NCBI GenBank assembly: GCA_033763905.1
Contig: JANRJP010000102.1
Coordinates: 1 to 64,000 of the forward strand
Source: Gemmatimonadaceae bacterium
Lineage (GTDB): Bacteria > Gemmatimonadota > Gemmatimonadetes > Gemmatimonadales > Gemmatimonadaceae
Length of the DNA stretch: 64,000 nucleotides
Direction of reading: 5' to 3'
This document shows positions 49,120 to 57,786 of this stretch, piece after piece. Position 1 is the stretch's first letter. Every line of letters begins with the position of its first letter. The position numbers and the translations under genes were made by a program. The notes under the pieces are model-generated. The model did not search any database and had not been told where the DNA came from. It was given only the letters and a program-made list of their open reading frames with translations.

Positions 49120-51024
49120 GTGGATCCCGCCAAGTACGCCGAACTCTTCCTCACGGAGAGTCGTGAGCAGCTCGTGCAGATCAACGAGCAGTTGCTCGCG
49201 CTGGAGCGTGCGCCGGAGGACACGTCGCCGGTGGCCGCCCTGTTTCGCGCGGTGCACTCGCTCAAGGGGATGTCGGCGACGATGGGCTTCAGTGCCGTCG
49301 CCTCGCTCGCGCACGAGTTGGAGACGCTGATGGACGGCGTACGGGCCGGCCAGGTGGCGGTGGAGCCCGTGGTGTCGTTGCTGTTCGAGGCGGCGGACGG
49401 GCTGGAGCGGGCCGTCGGCGCCGCCGTCGCGGGACGCGACGAGTTTCCCGACCGTGACGATCTGCTGGGTCGACTGCGGGCCGCCGCGCAGGGCACAACA
49501 TCCGCGCCGGTCGCGTCGACCCCGGCGGCGGTCGCGCCGATGCGCCGCACCCCGGTGCGGTCGTCGGGCTCGGTGCCAATCACCCCCGGCGACGGGCGCA
49601 CGATCAAGGTCACGCTCGAGGCCGACACCCCGTTGCGCGGCGTGCGGGCCTTCCTCGTCGTCCAGCGCGCTCGGGCACTCGGGGAGATCACTGCGGTATG
49701 GCCGCCGGTCGAGGCCCTGCAGGCCGAACAGTTCGACCGCGAGTTTTCGCTCAAGCTGATCACCGGCGCTGCGCCCGACGCGATCGCAGCGGATCTGGCC
49801 AAGGCGGGGTACGTCGAGCGCGTGCTGGTGGATGTCGCGCCGGCGCCAGCGGCCAAGTCCGCGCCCGCGGCTGCAGCACCGGCCCCAACCGTGCGCTCGG
49901 TGCGCGTCGACACCCGTCGCCTCGACGCGTTGCTCAACCTCGTGGGCGAGCTGGTGATTGCGCGCGACCGCCTGACGCGCGTGGCCGCGCAGCGGCAGGA
50001 TGCTGAACTGTCCGATGTGGTCGCGCAGACGGAACGCCTGATCGGCAACCTGCACGACGAGATTCTGGCGAGCCGTTTGATTCCCGTCTGGCAGGTCTTC
50101 GATCGCTTCCCGCGCACCGTCCGCGATGCCGCGAAAGCGGTGGGCAAGGAGGTCGAGTTCGTCGTCGAGGGCAAGGAGATCGAACTGGACCGCTCGTTGC
50201 TGGAGGAGTTGGCGGATCCGGTCGTGCACCTCCTGCGCAATGCCGTCGATCACGGGCTGGAGTCCCCGGCGGACCGTCGTGCGGCCGGCAAGCCGGCCAC
50301 CGGACGGTTGGTGCTGAGCGCGTCGCGTGACCGCTCGGCGGTGCTGGTGAAGGTCGAAGATGACGGGCGCGGCATTGACCGTCGTCGCGTCATTGCCCGC
50401 GCCGCGGCGGAAGGCTTGGTCGAGGCCGACCGCACGGCCATCACCGACGACGAACTGGTGAAGCTGATTGCGCGGCCGGGGTTCTCGACGGCCGAGCGGG
50501 TCACCGGTCTGTCGGGGCGCGGCGTCGGCATCGACGCCGTGATCGCGAAAGTGCGCGGCCTTGGCGGTTCGGTCGAGATCCGCTCGGTGGAAGGGCGGGG
50601 CACGACGATCGAACTGCGTCTGCCGGTGACGCTGGCGATCGTCGGCGCGGTCCTCGCGCAGGTGGGCGACGAGCGATATGCCCTGCCGATGACGCACGTG
50701 CAGGAGACGGTGGAGCTCGCCGCGGCCCAGGCCGAGACGCTGCGCGGCCGCGAAGTGATGACGCTGCGCGAAGACGTGCTGCCCTTGGTGCATCTGCGCG
50801 ATGTGGTGCGGATGCCGCGGCGCGACGGCGGCGGCTCGCAGGTGGTGATCGTGGAGCGCGCCGAGCGGCGCGCGGGGTTGGTGGTGGACCGCTTGCTCGG
50901 TCAGCAGGACATCGTCGTCAAGCCACTCGACGCGGTGCGCAATGCCGCGGCGCTGTTCAGCGGAGCGACGATTCTCTCCGATGGCGCGCCGGCGCTGATT
51001 CTCGATGTCAACACGCTCCTCTGA
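49120..51024 (+). CDS. cheA: Chemotaxis histidine kinase CheA (Hpt, P2, dimer, HATPase, CheW)
   Basis: FRAVHSLKG, LDALLNLVGEL, HLLRNAVDHG, GFST and SGRGVG. Confidence 0.97.
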   Translation: MDPAKYAELFLTESREQLVQINEQLLALERAPEDTSPVAALFRAVHSLKGMSATMGFSAVASLAHELETLMDGVRAGQVAVEPVVSLLFEAADGLERAVGAAVAGRDEFPDRDDLLGRLRAAAQGTTSAPVASTPAAVAPMRRTPVRSSGSVPITPGDGRTIKVTLEADTPLRGVRAFLVVQRARALGEITAVWPPVEALQAEQFDREFSLKLITGAAPDAIAADLAKAGYVERVLVDVAPAPAAKSAPAAAAPAPTVRSVRVDTRRLDALLNLVGELVIARDRLTRVAAQRQDAELSDVVAQTERLIGNLHDEILASRLIPVWQVFDRFPRTVRDAAKAVGKEVEFVVEGKEIELDRSLLEELADPVVHLLRNAVDHGLESPADRRAAGKPATGRLVLSASRDRSAVLVKVEDDGRGIDRRRVIARAAAEGLVEADRTAITDDELVKLIARPGFSTAERVTGLSGRGVGIDAVIAKVRGLGGSVEIRSVEGRGTTIELRLPVTLAIVGAVLAQVGDERYALPMTHVQETVELAAAQAETLRGREVMTLREDVLPLVHLRDVVRMPRRDGGGSQVVIVERAERRAGLVVDRLLGQQDIVVKPLDAVRNAAALFSGATILSDGAPALILDVNTLL

Positions 51025-51031
51025 GGGGTCG

Positions 51032-51655
51032 ATGGACGATACGACGCGATCACTGACTGCCGCCCAACTCGATGCGCTCCGCGAAGTCGCCAACATCGGC
51101 GCGGGGCACGCCGCGACGGCGCTGTCGCAGATGACGGGGCAGACGATCATGATCTCGGTGCCGCGGATCTTCATCGCGCCCCTCGAGGACGTCCCGCCGC
51201 ACGTCAGCGGACCCGAGGAGCCGGTCGCCGCCGTCCTGATGCAGATGCTCGGCGACTTGACGGGACAGACCCTGCTCGTCTTCCCCGAGCCGACCGCGTT
51301 GCGACTGGCCGAGTTGATGCTGCGGCGGCCGCGCGGCAGTTCGCCCGGACTCGGCGAACTCGAGCAGTCGGCCATCAAGGAGGCCGGCAACATCCTGTCA
51401 GGGCAGTATATGAACGCGCTGTCCGACTTTATGGGGATGGTGCTGCTGCCGTCACCGCCCTCGATGGCGATCGATATGTCGGCGGCGGTGCTCGAGAGCA
51501 CCTACCTGCAGTTCGGCAGTGATCGCGATATGGTCGTCTGCGTCGAGAGCGAGTTCATGATGAAGGAGCTGGGGGAAACCCTGCGAGGCTTCTTCCTGCT
51601 GCTCCCGGACGCACCCTCCCTGCAGGTGATGCTCAAGACGCTCAAGTTGGCCTGA
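51032..51655 (+). CDS. cheC: CheC phosphatase
   Basis: Two E-x2-N motifs (REVANIGAGH and KEAGNIL). Confidence 0.93.
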   Translation: MDDTTRSLTAAQLDALREVANIGAGHAATALSQMTGQTIMISVPRIFIAPLEDVPPHVSGPEEPVAAVLMQMLGDLTGQTLLVFPEPTALRLAELMLRRPRGSSPGLGELEQSAIKEAGNILSGQYMNALSDFMGMVLLPSPPSMAIDMSAAVLESTYLQFGSDRDMVVCVESEFMMKELGETLRGFFLLLPDAPSLQVMLKTLKLA

Positions 51656-51660
51656 CCGAC

Positions 51661-54402
51661 GTGTCCACCGCCGTGCCTGTCGCTCTCTCGTCCGCTCGCG
51701 ATCGCGACGCGCTGCGCAGCTTTGCGCGGCGCATCGATCCGTCGGATGCGGGCGCGCACAACAACCTCGGCGTCCTGTACTACAACAAGGGCCTGCACGA
51801 AGAGGCGGTGGCGGCGTTCACGCGCGCGCTCGAGCTCGACCCCAAGATGGAAGTGGCGCGTCGGAATCTCGAAGTCGCCTACTTCCGCACGGGCTATTTC
51901 GATCGGCGCGTGGGCGAACTGCGCGAGCGCCTGCGCGCCGTGCCGACCGATCGGGAATCGCGGTTCGAGCTGGGCCGCGCGCACGCCTTCGCGGGCCAGT
52001 ATCCGCAGGCGGTCAGCGAGTTCAAGACGCTGCTGCAGCACTTTCCGGATGACCTGGCGGCGATCCTGCAGCTGGCGCTGGCCGAGAAGAGCTCGGGCGA
52101 TCTCGAAGATGCCGCGCGCTGGCTGGAGCAGGCCGCGCGACTCGACCCCGACAGCCCGCTGGTGCACTTCTATCGCGGCGAAGTCGCCTACAACCGCGGG
52201 CTCAATGAAGACGCCCTCGCGGCGCTGGAACGGGCGATCGCGCTGAATCCGGAGCTGGCCGACGCGCACTACCTGATGGCCTTCGTGCTCGGCGACATCG
52301 GACGACACGACGACGCCCGCGGCGCCACCAAGCGCGCGATTCAACTGAATCCGTCGCTGTCGCGCGCGCAGGCGAATCTGTCGCTCGACAAGTACAACGC
52401 GGCGCGGTACGAGGAACTCCTGCCCGGCGCCGCCGAGCGCAAGTCGCAGCAGTTGATGGCGGTGTCCGAGGAGGGCCAGCTGGCGCACTACTCGCTGGGC
52501 ATCGCGTACCGGCAAAAGGGGTACTGGGCCGACGCGCTGCGCGAGTACCGGATGGCGCTTGATCGGGGCGAGGATCGCGACCTCGTCGAGCAGGCGATGG
52601 CCGAAGTGCATCTGCTGCAGCGCGATGTGTCGGGCGCCGTCGCGCTGTACGATGTGCTGATCGGCCGTCGGCCCGAATCGCCGAAGCTCTGGAACGAGCG
52701 GGGCGTCGCGCTGCATCAGGACGGCCGATTCGCCGAGGCGCTCGAGAGCTACGATCGCGCCGTGGCCGCGGATGACGCGTACGTGCTCGCGTGGAACAAC
52801 CTCGGCGTGGCCCGCTACCACGCCAATGACGTCGACGGCGCGGTCGATGCCTTCCGGCGTGCCTTGGATGTGGCGCCCACCTTTGCGAAGTCGCGGCTCA
52901 ACCTCGCGCTGCTGCTGTTCAAGGGCAAGCGACTGCAGTTGGCGCTGGAAGCGTATCGCAAGGTGATCGAGGCCGAGCCCGAAGAGCCCACCGCGTGGAA
53001 CGGCATTGGCCTCGTGCTGGCCGAACTCAAGCGCTTCGAGGAAGCGCGGGCCGCGTTTGCCCGAGCAATCCAGGCGCGGCCGACGTATGCCGAGGCGCAC
53101 TACAACCTCAGCTTTACACTGTCGAACCTCGGCGACTTCGAGGGCGCGTTGCGCGAAACCAAGCGCGCGCTCGAACTCGACCCGTACTACGTCGCGCAGA
53201 AGTTCGAGTTGTCGATCGACCTGCAGCACGAGGAGCCGGATCTCTCGATCGCGCCGGATCTGGGCGGGGAGAAGCGGGTCAGCGGTGCCGTGGACGATTT
53301 CGCCTTCGATCCGGCACTGCTCGACGCGGTGTTCACGCGGCTGAACACGCCGTCGAGCCAGCCGATGACCGCCGTCCCGTCGGGTGAAGGCGAGCCGCTC
53401 TCGTACGCGCTGGCACGCGACTACCTGTCGAAGCGACTCGGTGATCGCGCGGCCGCGGAAGCCACGCGCATCTTGGCGCGGGGTGGTGCACAGGCGGAAG
53501 GCCTCACGATCGTCGCCGACTCCTACGCGCAGCGCTCGGCCTACGGCGAGGCGGTGGAACGCTATCGCGAAGCGCTGCGCGCCGACCTCGAGTACGTGCC
53601 GGCGCTCCGTGGCTTGACGTCCTCGTTGATCGCGATGGGCCGCGGTGCGGATGCGCGCCCCGTGGCCGAGCAGCTGGCGCAGCGCGTCCCCGACGATGTC
53701 GACGCGCTGGTGCTGGTGGCCGAGACGCGTTCGGCCGCGGGTGATCGGGTCGCGGCGTTGGCTGCGCTCGACGGCGCGCGCCGCCGTGCGCCGGCCCGGG
53801 CCGACATTCACAAGCGTATCGGCGATGTGCTGGAAGCCTCGGGCGACACCGACGGGGCGCTGGCGGTCTTTCGACTGGCGACGCAACTCGAACCGAGCTT
53901 TGCCGCCGTGCGGACGAGCCTGGGCCGTCTGCTGGCCCTGCGTGGCGACCGCGACGCGGCGGCGAGCGAGTTTTGCGCGGCGCTGGAGGCGGTGCCGACG
54001 TATGGTGCCGCGGCGATCGGACTGGCCGGCGTCCGGCGCGGGCAAGGGCGTGATCGCGAGGCGATGGACGTGCTGATCGCGCTCCTCGAGACGGATCCCT
54101 CGCACCTCGGGGCGCTGGTCGCCCTGGGCGAACTGTTGCTCGCGCAGGGGCGGAGCGCCGATGCCGCGTTTGCGTTCCGCCGCGTGCTGACGTTCGACCC
54201 GGCACATCCCGCCGCGCTGTTCTACTGGGGCTCGCTGCTGGCGGCGCAGCATCGCTGGCGCGAGGCCCGCGAGACCTGGTCGCGCGCGGCGGCCGTGAAT
54301 CCGACGGGCGAATGGGGACAGCGCGCCGCGCGCGAAGCGCGCAGCGCCGAGGATTTAGCGCACGTGTACGCGACGGCGGGAGGTGGCGTCGATGCCCATT
54401 GA
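51661..54402 (+). CDS. Large TPR-repeat protein
   Basis: Numerous 34-aa TPR units (AHNNLG, LWNERG, AWNNLG, AWNGIG, AHYNL). Confidence 0.9.
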   Translation: MSTAVPVALSSARDRDALRSFARRIDPSDAGAHNNLGVLYYNKGLHEEAVAAFTRALELDPKMEVARRNLEVAYFRTGYFDRRVGELRERLRAVPTDRESRFELGRAHAFAGQYPQAVSEFKTLLQHFPDDLAAILQLALAEKSSGDLEDAARWLEQAARLDPDSPLVHFYRGEVAYNRGLNEDALAALERAIALNPELADAHYLMAFVLGDIGRHDDARGATKRAIQLNPSLSRAQANLSLDKYNAARYEELLPGAAERKSQQLMAVSEEGQLAHYSLGIAYRQKGYWADALREYRMALDRGEDRDLVEQAMAEVHLLQRDVSGAVALYDVLIGRRPESPKLWNERGVALHQDGRFAEALESYDRAVAADDAYVLAWNNLGVARYHANDVDGAVDAFRRALDVAPTFAKSRLNLALLLFKGKRLQLALEAYRKVIEAEPEEPTAWNGIGLVLAELKRFEEARAAFARAIQARPTYAEAHYNLSFTLSNLGDFEGALRETKRALELDPYYVAQKFELSIDLQHEEPDLSIAPDLGGEKRVSGAVDDFAFDPALLDAVFTRLNTPSSQPMTAVPSGEGEPLSYALARDYLSKRLGDRAAAEATRILARGGAQAEGLTIVADSYAQRSAYGEAVERYREALRADLEYVPALRGLTSSLIAMGRGADARPVAEQLAQRVPDDVDALVLVAETRSAAGDRVAALAALDGARRRAPARADIHKRIGDVLEASGDTDGALAVFRLATQLEPSFAAVRTSLGRLLALRGDRDAAASEFCAALEAVPTYGAAAIGLAGVRRGQGRDREAMDVLIALLETDPSHLGALVALGELLLAQGRSADAAFAFRRVLTFDPAHPAALFYWGSLLAAQHRWREARETWSRAAAVNPTGEWGQRAAREARSAEDLAHVYATAGGGVDAH

Positions 54403-55540
54403 AGGCCCGCTGCGCGAGCTTGGCATCCACGATGTCTTCCAGTTGCTCGACCTGAGCCGGAAGACCGGGATGCTGCACGTCGCGTCGGAACTCCGCGACA
54501 ACGAAGGCGACGTCTGGTTCTCGCAGGGCAAGGTCGTGTGGGCGTCGATCCGCTCGAATCCGCATCCGCTTGGCGCGATGCTCGTGAAAAGCGGCAAGGT
54601 GTCCGAGGCCGATCTGCAACGCGCGCTGGCGGTGCAGGCGGATCGCGGCGACGGGCGGCGCTTTGGCGAGATTCTCGTCGATCTCGGCGTGTTGACCCAG
54701 CGCGAGCTCGAGAAAGTCGTGCGACTGCAAGTCGAAGAGGTGGTCTTCGAGCTGATGTCCTGGCGCGAGGGCTTCTTCTCGTTCTCCGATCGCGATGTGT
54801 CCGAAGTTCCGGCGGCTGCCGTGCTCCGCATCTCGACCGAGTCGCTGCTGATGGAAGGCGCGCGACGCATCGACGAATGGTCGCGCATTGCCGACAAAGT
54901 CCCGAATCTCGCGGTGATTCCCGTCATCGCGCCGGCGGACGACGGCCACCCCACCCAGCTCGACCTGCTGCCACTCGAGTGGGAAATGCTGACGCTCATC
55001 GACGGCGAGACCGATCTGCGCGGCATTGCGACGACGCTCGCGCGAAGCGACTTCGACGTCGCCCGCATTGCCTACGGCCTCGTGTCGACCGGGGTGATCG
55101 AGCTGCGGCAGCCGGATCGCGTGAGTACCCGCGCGATGTTGCCAGTCGAGGATCCCACGGTGCACCTGGTCGCGTCGGCCGAGGCGCTGGCGCGCCGCGA
55201 CGGACAGGCGGCGTTGTCGGCGGCGCGCGCGGCGCAGGCGGCGGACCCGACGTCGGCAATGGGCCGCGTTGCCGCGGCGCGTGCGCTGCGGTTCCTGGGC
55301 CGCGCCACTGAAGCGCACGAGGAGTTGCGCCGGGCCGCGGCGCTCGCGCCCAACGATGCGACGGTCTCGTACGAACTCGCGTGGGCCGCTGCCGGCCGCG
55401 GCGAACTCGACGAAGCGCTCGAGCGCTGGGATCGCTGGATCCTGTCGCATCAGACCGACCCGTCCGCGGAGCGCGTTCGCGCGGCGATCGACACGACGCG
55501 GCGCCTCCGGGCGCTGCTGGAGGCCCACGCCGGTGTCTGA
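54392..55540 (+). CDS. DUF4388 (PATAN-like) protein with MshEN-like insert and C-terminal TPRs
   Basis: IEGPL, DVFQLL, KTG.L, W.EG.FSF and LLMEGARRIDEW. Confidence 0.85.
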   Translation: MPIEGPLRELGIHDVFQLLDLSRKTGMLHVASELRDNEGDVWFSQGKVVWASIRSNPHPLGAMLVKSGKVSEADLQRALAVQADRGDGRRFGEILVDLGVLTQRELEKVVRLQVEEVVFELMSWREGFFSFSDRDVSEVPAAAVLRISTESLLMEGARRIDEWSRIADKVPNLAVIPVIAPADDGHPTQLDLLPLEWEMLTLIDGETDLRGIATTLARSDFDVARIAYGLVSTGVIELRQPDRVSTRAMLPVEDPTVHLVASAEALARRDGQAALSAARAAQAADPTSAMGRVAAARALRFLGRATEAHEELRRAAALAPNDATVSYELAWAAAGRGELDEALERWDRWILSHQTDPSAERVRAAIDTTRRLRALLEAHAGV

Positions 55541-56372
55541 CGAAATCGCCGCCCTCTCGGCCGCGCTCGCCGCCGACCCGAACAGCATCGTCTTCCTCGA
55601 ACTAGGGGAGGCGTTGCGGCAGCGCGGGCAGATCGATGCCGCATTCACCATTGCCCGTCGCGGGCTGGAGCGACATCCGCACGCCGCGGATGCCCACGAT
55701 CTGCTCGCGCGATTGCACGCAGATCGGGGCGATCTCGAGTCGGCATTCGACGAGTGGGATATGGTCGCGCGTCTCTCGCCGGGTCACCCCGGGTCGCTCA
55801 AGGGGATGGGCTACGTGCGCTTCCAGCAGGGGCGACTCTCCGAGGCGGAGCAGTATCTGGCCGCGGCGGCAGCGGTGGATCCCGCCGATGACCGCAACCT
55901 GTCGGCGCTCGCCTACGTGCGCGCGCAGCGGGCGGCGTCGCAGGCCGGATCGTCGGTGCTGGCCAAGGATCCAACCGAGGTGGCCACGCCGCACGTGGCG
56001 GTGGACCCGGCGCGAGCACTGTTTGCCGACATCACGGCGGATGGGGCGGGCATCGTCATCCTTATCGGAGCCGACGGTCTGGTGCTGGCCGGGGAGTCGG
56101 TGACGCACGAAGGGCGCGATGTCGCGGCCGAAGTCGGAGCGGCGATGAGTGGCGTCGGCGAAGAAGCGAGTCGTTCGATGCGGCATCTCGGGCTCGGCCA
56201 GTGGACGAGCATCGTCTTCGAGACCGAGCGCGCGACGGTGGCGCTGTCGCCGGCGCCGGAGCAGGGGCTCGTACTCGTCGCGGCCGCGCGCACCTCGCCG
56301 CTCGGCTTCGTGCGCAAGATGCTCGAGCGGGCAGGGCAGGCCGCGGCGCGCTTCGTCGGAGGTGCTGGATGA
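55533..56372 (+). CDS. TPR plus roadblock/LC7 fusion protein
   Basis: N-terminal TPRs; C-terminal VILIGADGLVLA, LGLG and PLGFV roadblock pattern. Confidence 0.82.
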   Translation: MSDEIAALSAALAADPNSIVFLELGEALRQRGQIDAAFTIARRGLERHPHAADAHDLLARLHADRGDLESAFDEWDMVARLSPGHPGSLKGMGYVRFQQGRLSEAEQYLAAAAAVDPADDRNLSALAYVRAQRAASQAGSSVLAKDPTEVATPHVAVDPARALFADITADGAGIVILIGADGLVLAGESVTHEGRDVAAEVGAAMSGVGEEASRSMRHLGLGQWTSIVFETERATVALSPAPEQGLVLVAAARTSPLGFVRKMLERAGQAAARFVGGAG

Positions 56373-56713
56373 GCGCCTTTCAGAGCACGTTGGCCGCGCT
56401 GATCCGTCAGCGCGGCGTGACCGGCGCCCTCATCGTGAGTGAGCGCGACGGGATCGTGGTCGATCAGGCCGTCCAGGTCGGGGTGCGCTCCGAAGTGGTC
56501 GCGGCGCTGGCGGCCTCGCTCTATCGGCGCGCGCGTCTGGCGGCGGAGGCCGCCGGGTTCGGCGATACGGGCTTCCTGCAACTCGATGCCGAGCAGGGGC
56601 GCGTGTGTGCGCTCGGCCGCGGGGATCTCGTGATCGTGGTGGTGACGGAGCCGGCGGCGAACATCGGGCTCGTGCGGGTCGAGATGATCAAGGGGCTGGA
56701 GGCGCTGCCGTGA
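56369..56713 (+). CDS. Roadblock/LC7 protein (MglB/MglC-like)
   Basis: GVTGALIVS..DGIVV and ANIGLVRVEM. Confidence 0.85.
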   Translation: MSAFQSTLAALIRQRGVTGALIVSERDGIVVDQAVQVGVRSEVVAALAASLYRRARLAAEAAGFGDTGFLQLDAEQGRVCALGRGDLVIVVVTEPAANIGLVRVEMIKGLEALP

Positions 56714-57180
56714 TCGTCAAGGTCACCGAAGCCTGGGCCGAGGCGCCGCTCAAGGCGTTCATCGACGAGTCGCGCGTGCTGCTCGCGCTCCTGCTGCATC
56801 CGAGCGGACAGGTCGTGGGGCAGTCGGGGTTCTCGAAGGCGATGGACGTGATGAGTGCCTGTGCGCTGGCCGCGGCGATTCACGCCTCCTCGGCGGAGCT
56901 CGGGCGCCAACTCGACGGCAAGCCGTTCGGCGTGCTGCACTATGCCGGCCTGCAGAAGCAGCTGTTTCTCGCGCCGGTGGACACGCCGGCCGGCACCCTG
57001 CTGCTGCTTGCCGTCTTCGACGACGCCGCGTCGCTGGGACTGGTGCAGCTCTACTTCGGGGAGTTCCGGGGACGACTCGCGGCGGCGGCGCCGCGCGACG
57101 CCGATACCGGGCCCGTGCTCAACGAGCAGTTCGAGCGCGAACTCAACCGCAACCTCGCAACGCTCTTCGGGCGGGCCTGA
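56710..57180 (+). CDS. mglB: MglB-like roadblock protein (putative GAP of MglA)
   Basis: LLHPSGQVV, ALAA, ELG.QL, F..L.Y.G, VFDD.ASLGLV; acidic C-terminal helix; directly upstream of mglA. Confidence 0.8.
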   Translation: MIVKVTEAWAEAPLKAFIDESRVLLALLLHPSGQVVGQSGFSKAMDVMSACALAAAIHASSAELGRQLDGKPFGVLHYAGLQKQLFLAPVDTPAGTLLLLAVFDDAASLGLVQLYFGEFRGRLAAAAPRDADTGPVLNEQFERELNRNLATLFGRA

Positions 57181-57183
57181 GTC

Positions 57184-57786
57184 GTGTCCATCGTCAACTA
57201 CGCAACGCGCGAAATCACCTGCAAGATCGTGTACTACGGACCGGGCCGGTCCGGGAAGACCACGAATCTGCACTACATCTACCAGCAGGTGCCGTCCGAT
57301 CGCAAAGGCACGATGGTCTCGCTGGCGACGCAGACCGACCGGACGCTGTTCTTCGACTTTCTCCCGCTCGACCTGGGCAGCATCTCGGGCTTCACCACGA
57401 AGTTCCAACTCTACACGGTGCCCGGGCAGGTGTACTACCAGACCACCCGCAAGCTGGTGCTGCAGGGGGCGGATGGCGTGGTCTTCGTCGCCGACTCGCA
57501 GCGGCGGCAGTTCGCCGAGACGGTCGAGTCGTTTCAGGACCTGCACGCGAACCTCGCGGAGCACGGGCTCGATGCGCGGGCGGTGCCGCTGGTGATCCAG
57601 TACAACAAGCGCGATCTGCCGACCGAGCTCATTCATCCGGTGGCGGAGTTGCGCGACGCGATCAACTTCCGCGACGTGCCCGATTTCGAAGCCGATGCCC
57701 TGCACGGCGTCGGGGTGTTCGAGACGCTGCGCGGCATCTCGGAGTTGGTGCTGCGCAAGCTCAGTACGGGGACGGATCGGCGATGA
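57184..57786 (+). CDS. mglA: Small GTPase MglA (group 1)
   Basis: KIVYYGPGRSGKTTN, DRTLFFDF (Arg53), YTVPGQ (Gln82) and NKRD. Confidence 0.95.
   Translation: MSIVNYATREITCKIVYYGPGRSGKTTNLHYIYQQVPSDRKGTMVSLATQTDRTLFFDFLPLDLGSISGFTTKFQLYTVPGQVYYQTTRKLVLQGADGVVFVADSQRRQFAETVESFQDLHANLAEHGLDARAVPLVIQYNKRDLPTELIHPVAELRDAINFRDVPDFEADALHGVGVFETLRGISELVLRKLSTGTDRR

Noticed and set aside
51502..54252. Long antisense ORFs (also 1749-3569, 11815-14253, 25722-27818, 44449-46287, 49045-51501, 53504-55651, 57633-59570)
   Set aside because: Arg/Ala-rich shadow frames of well-supported genes, expected in high-GC DNA; no motifs
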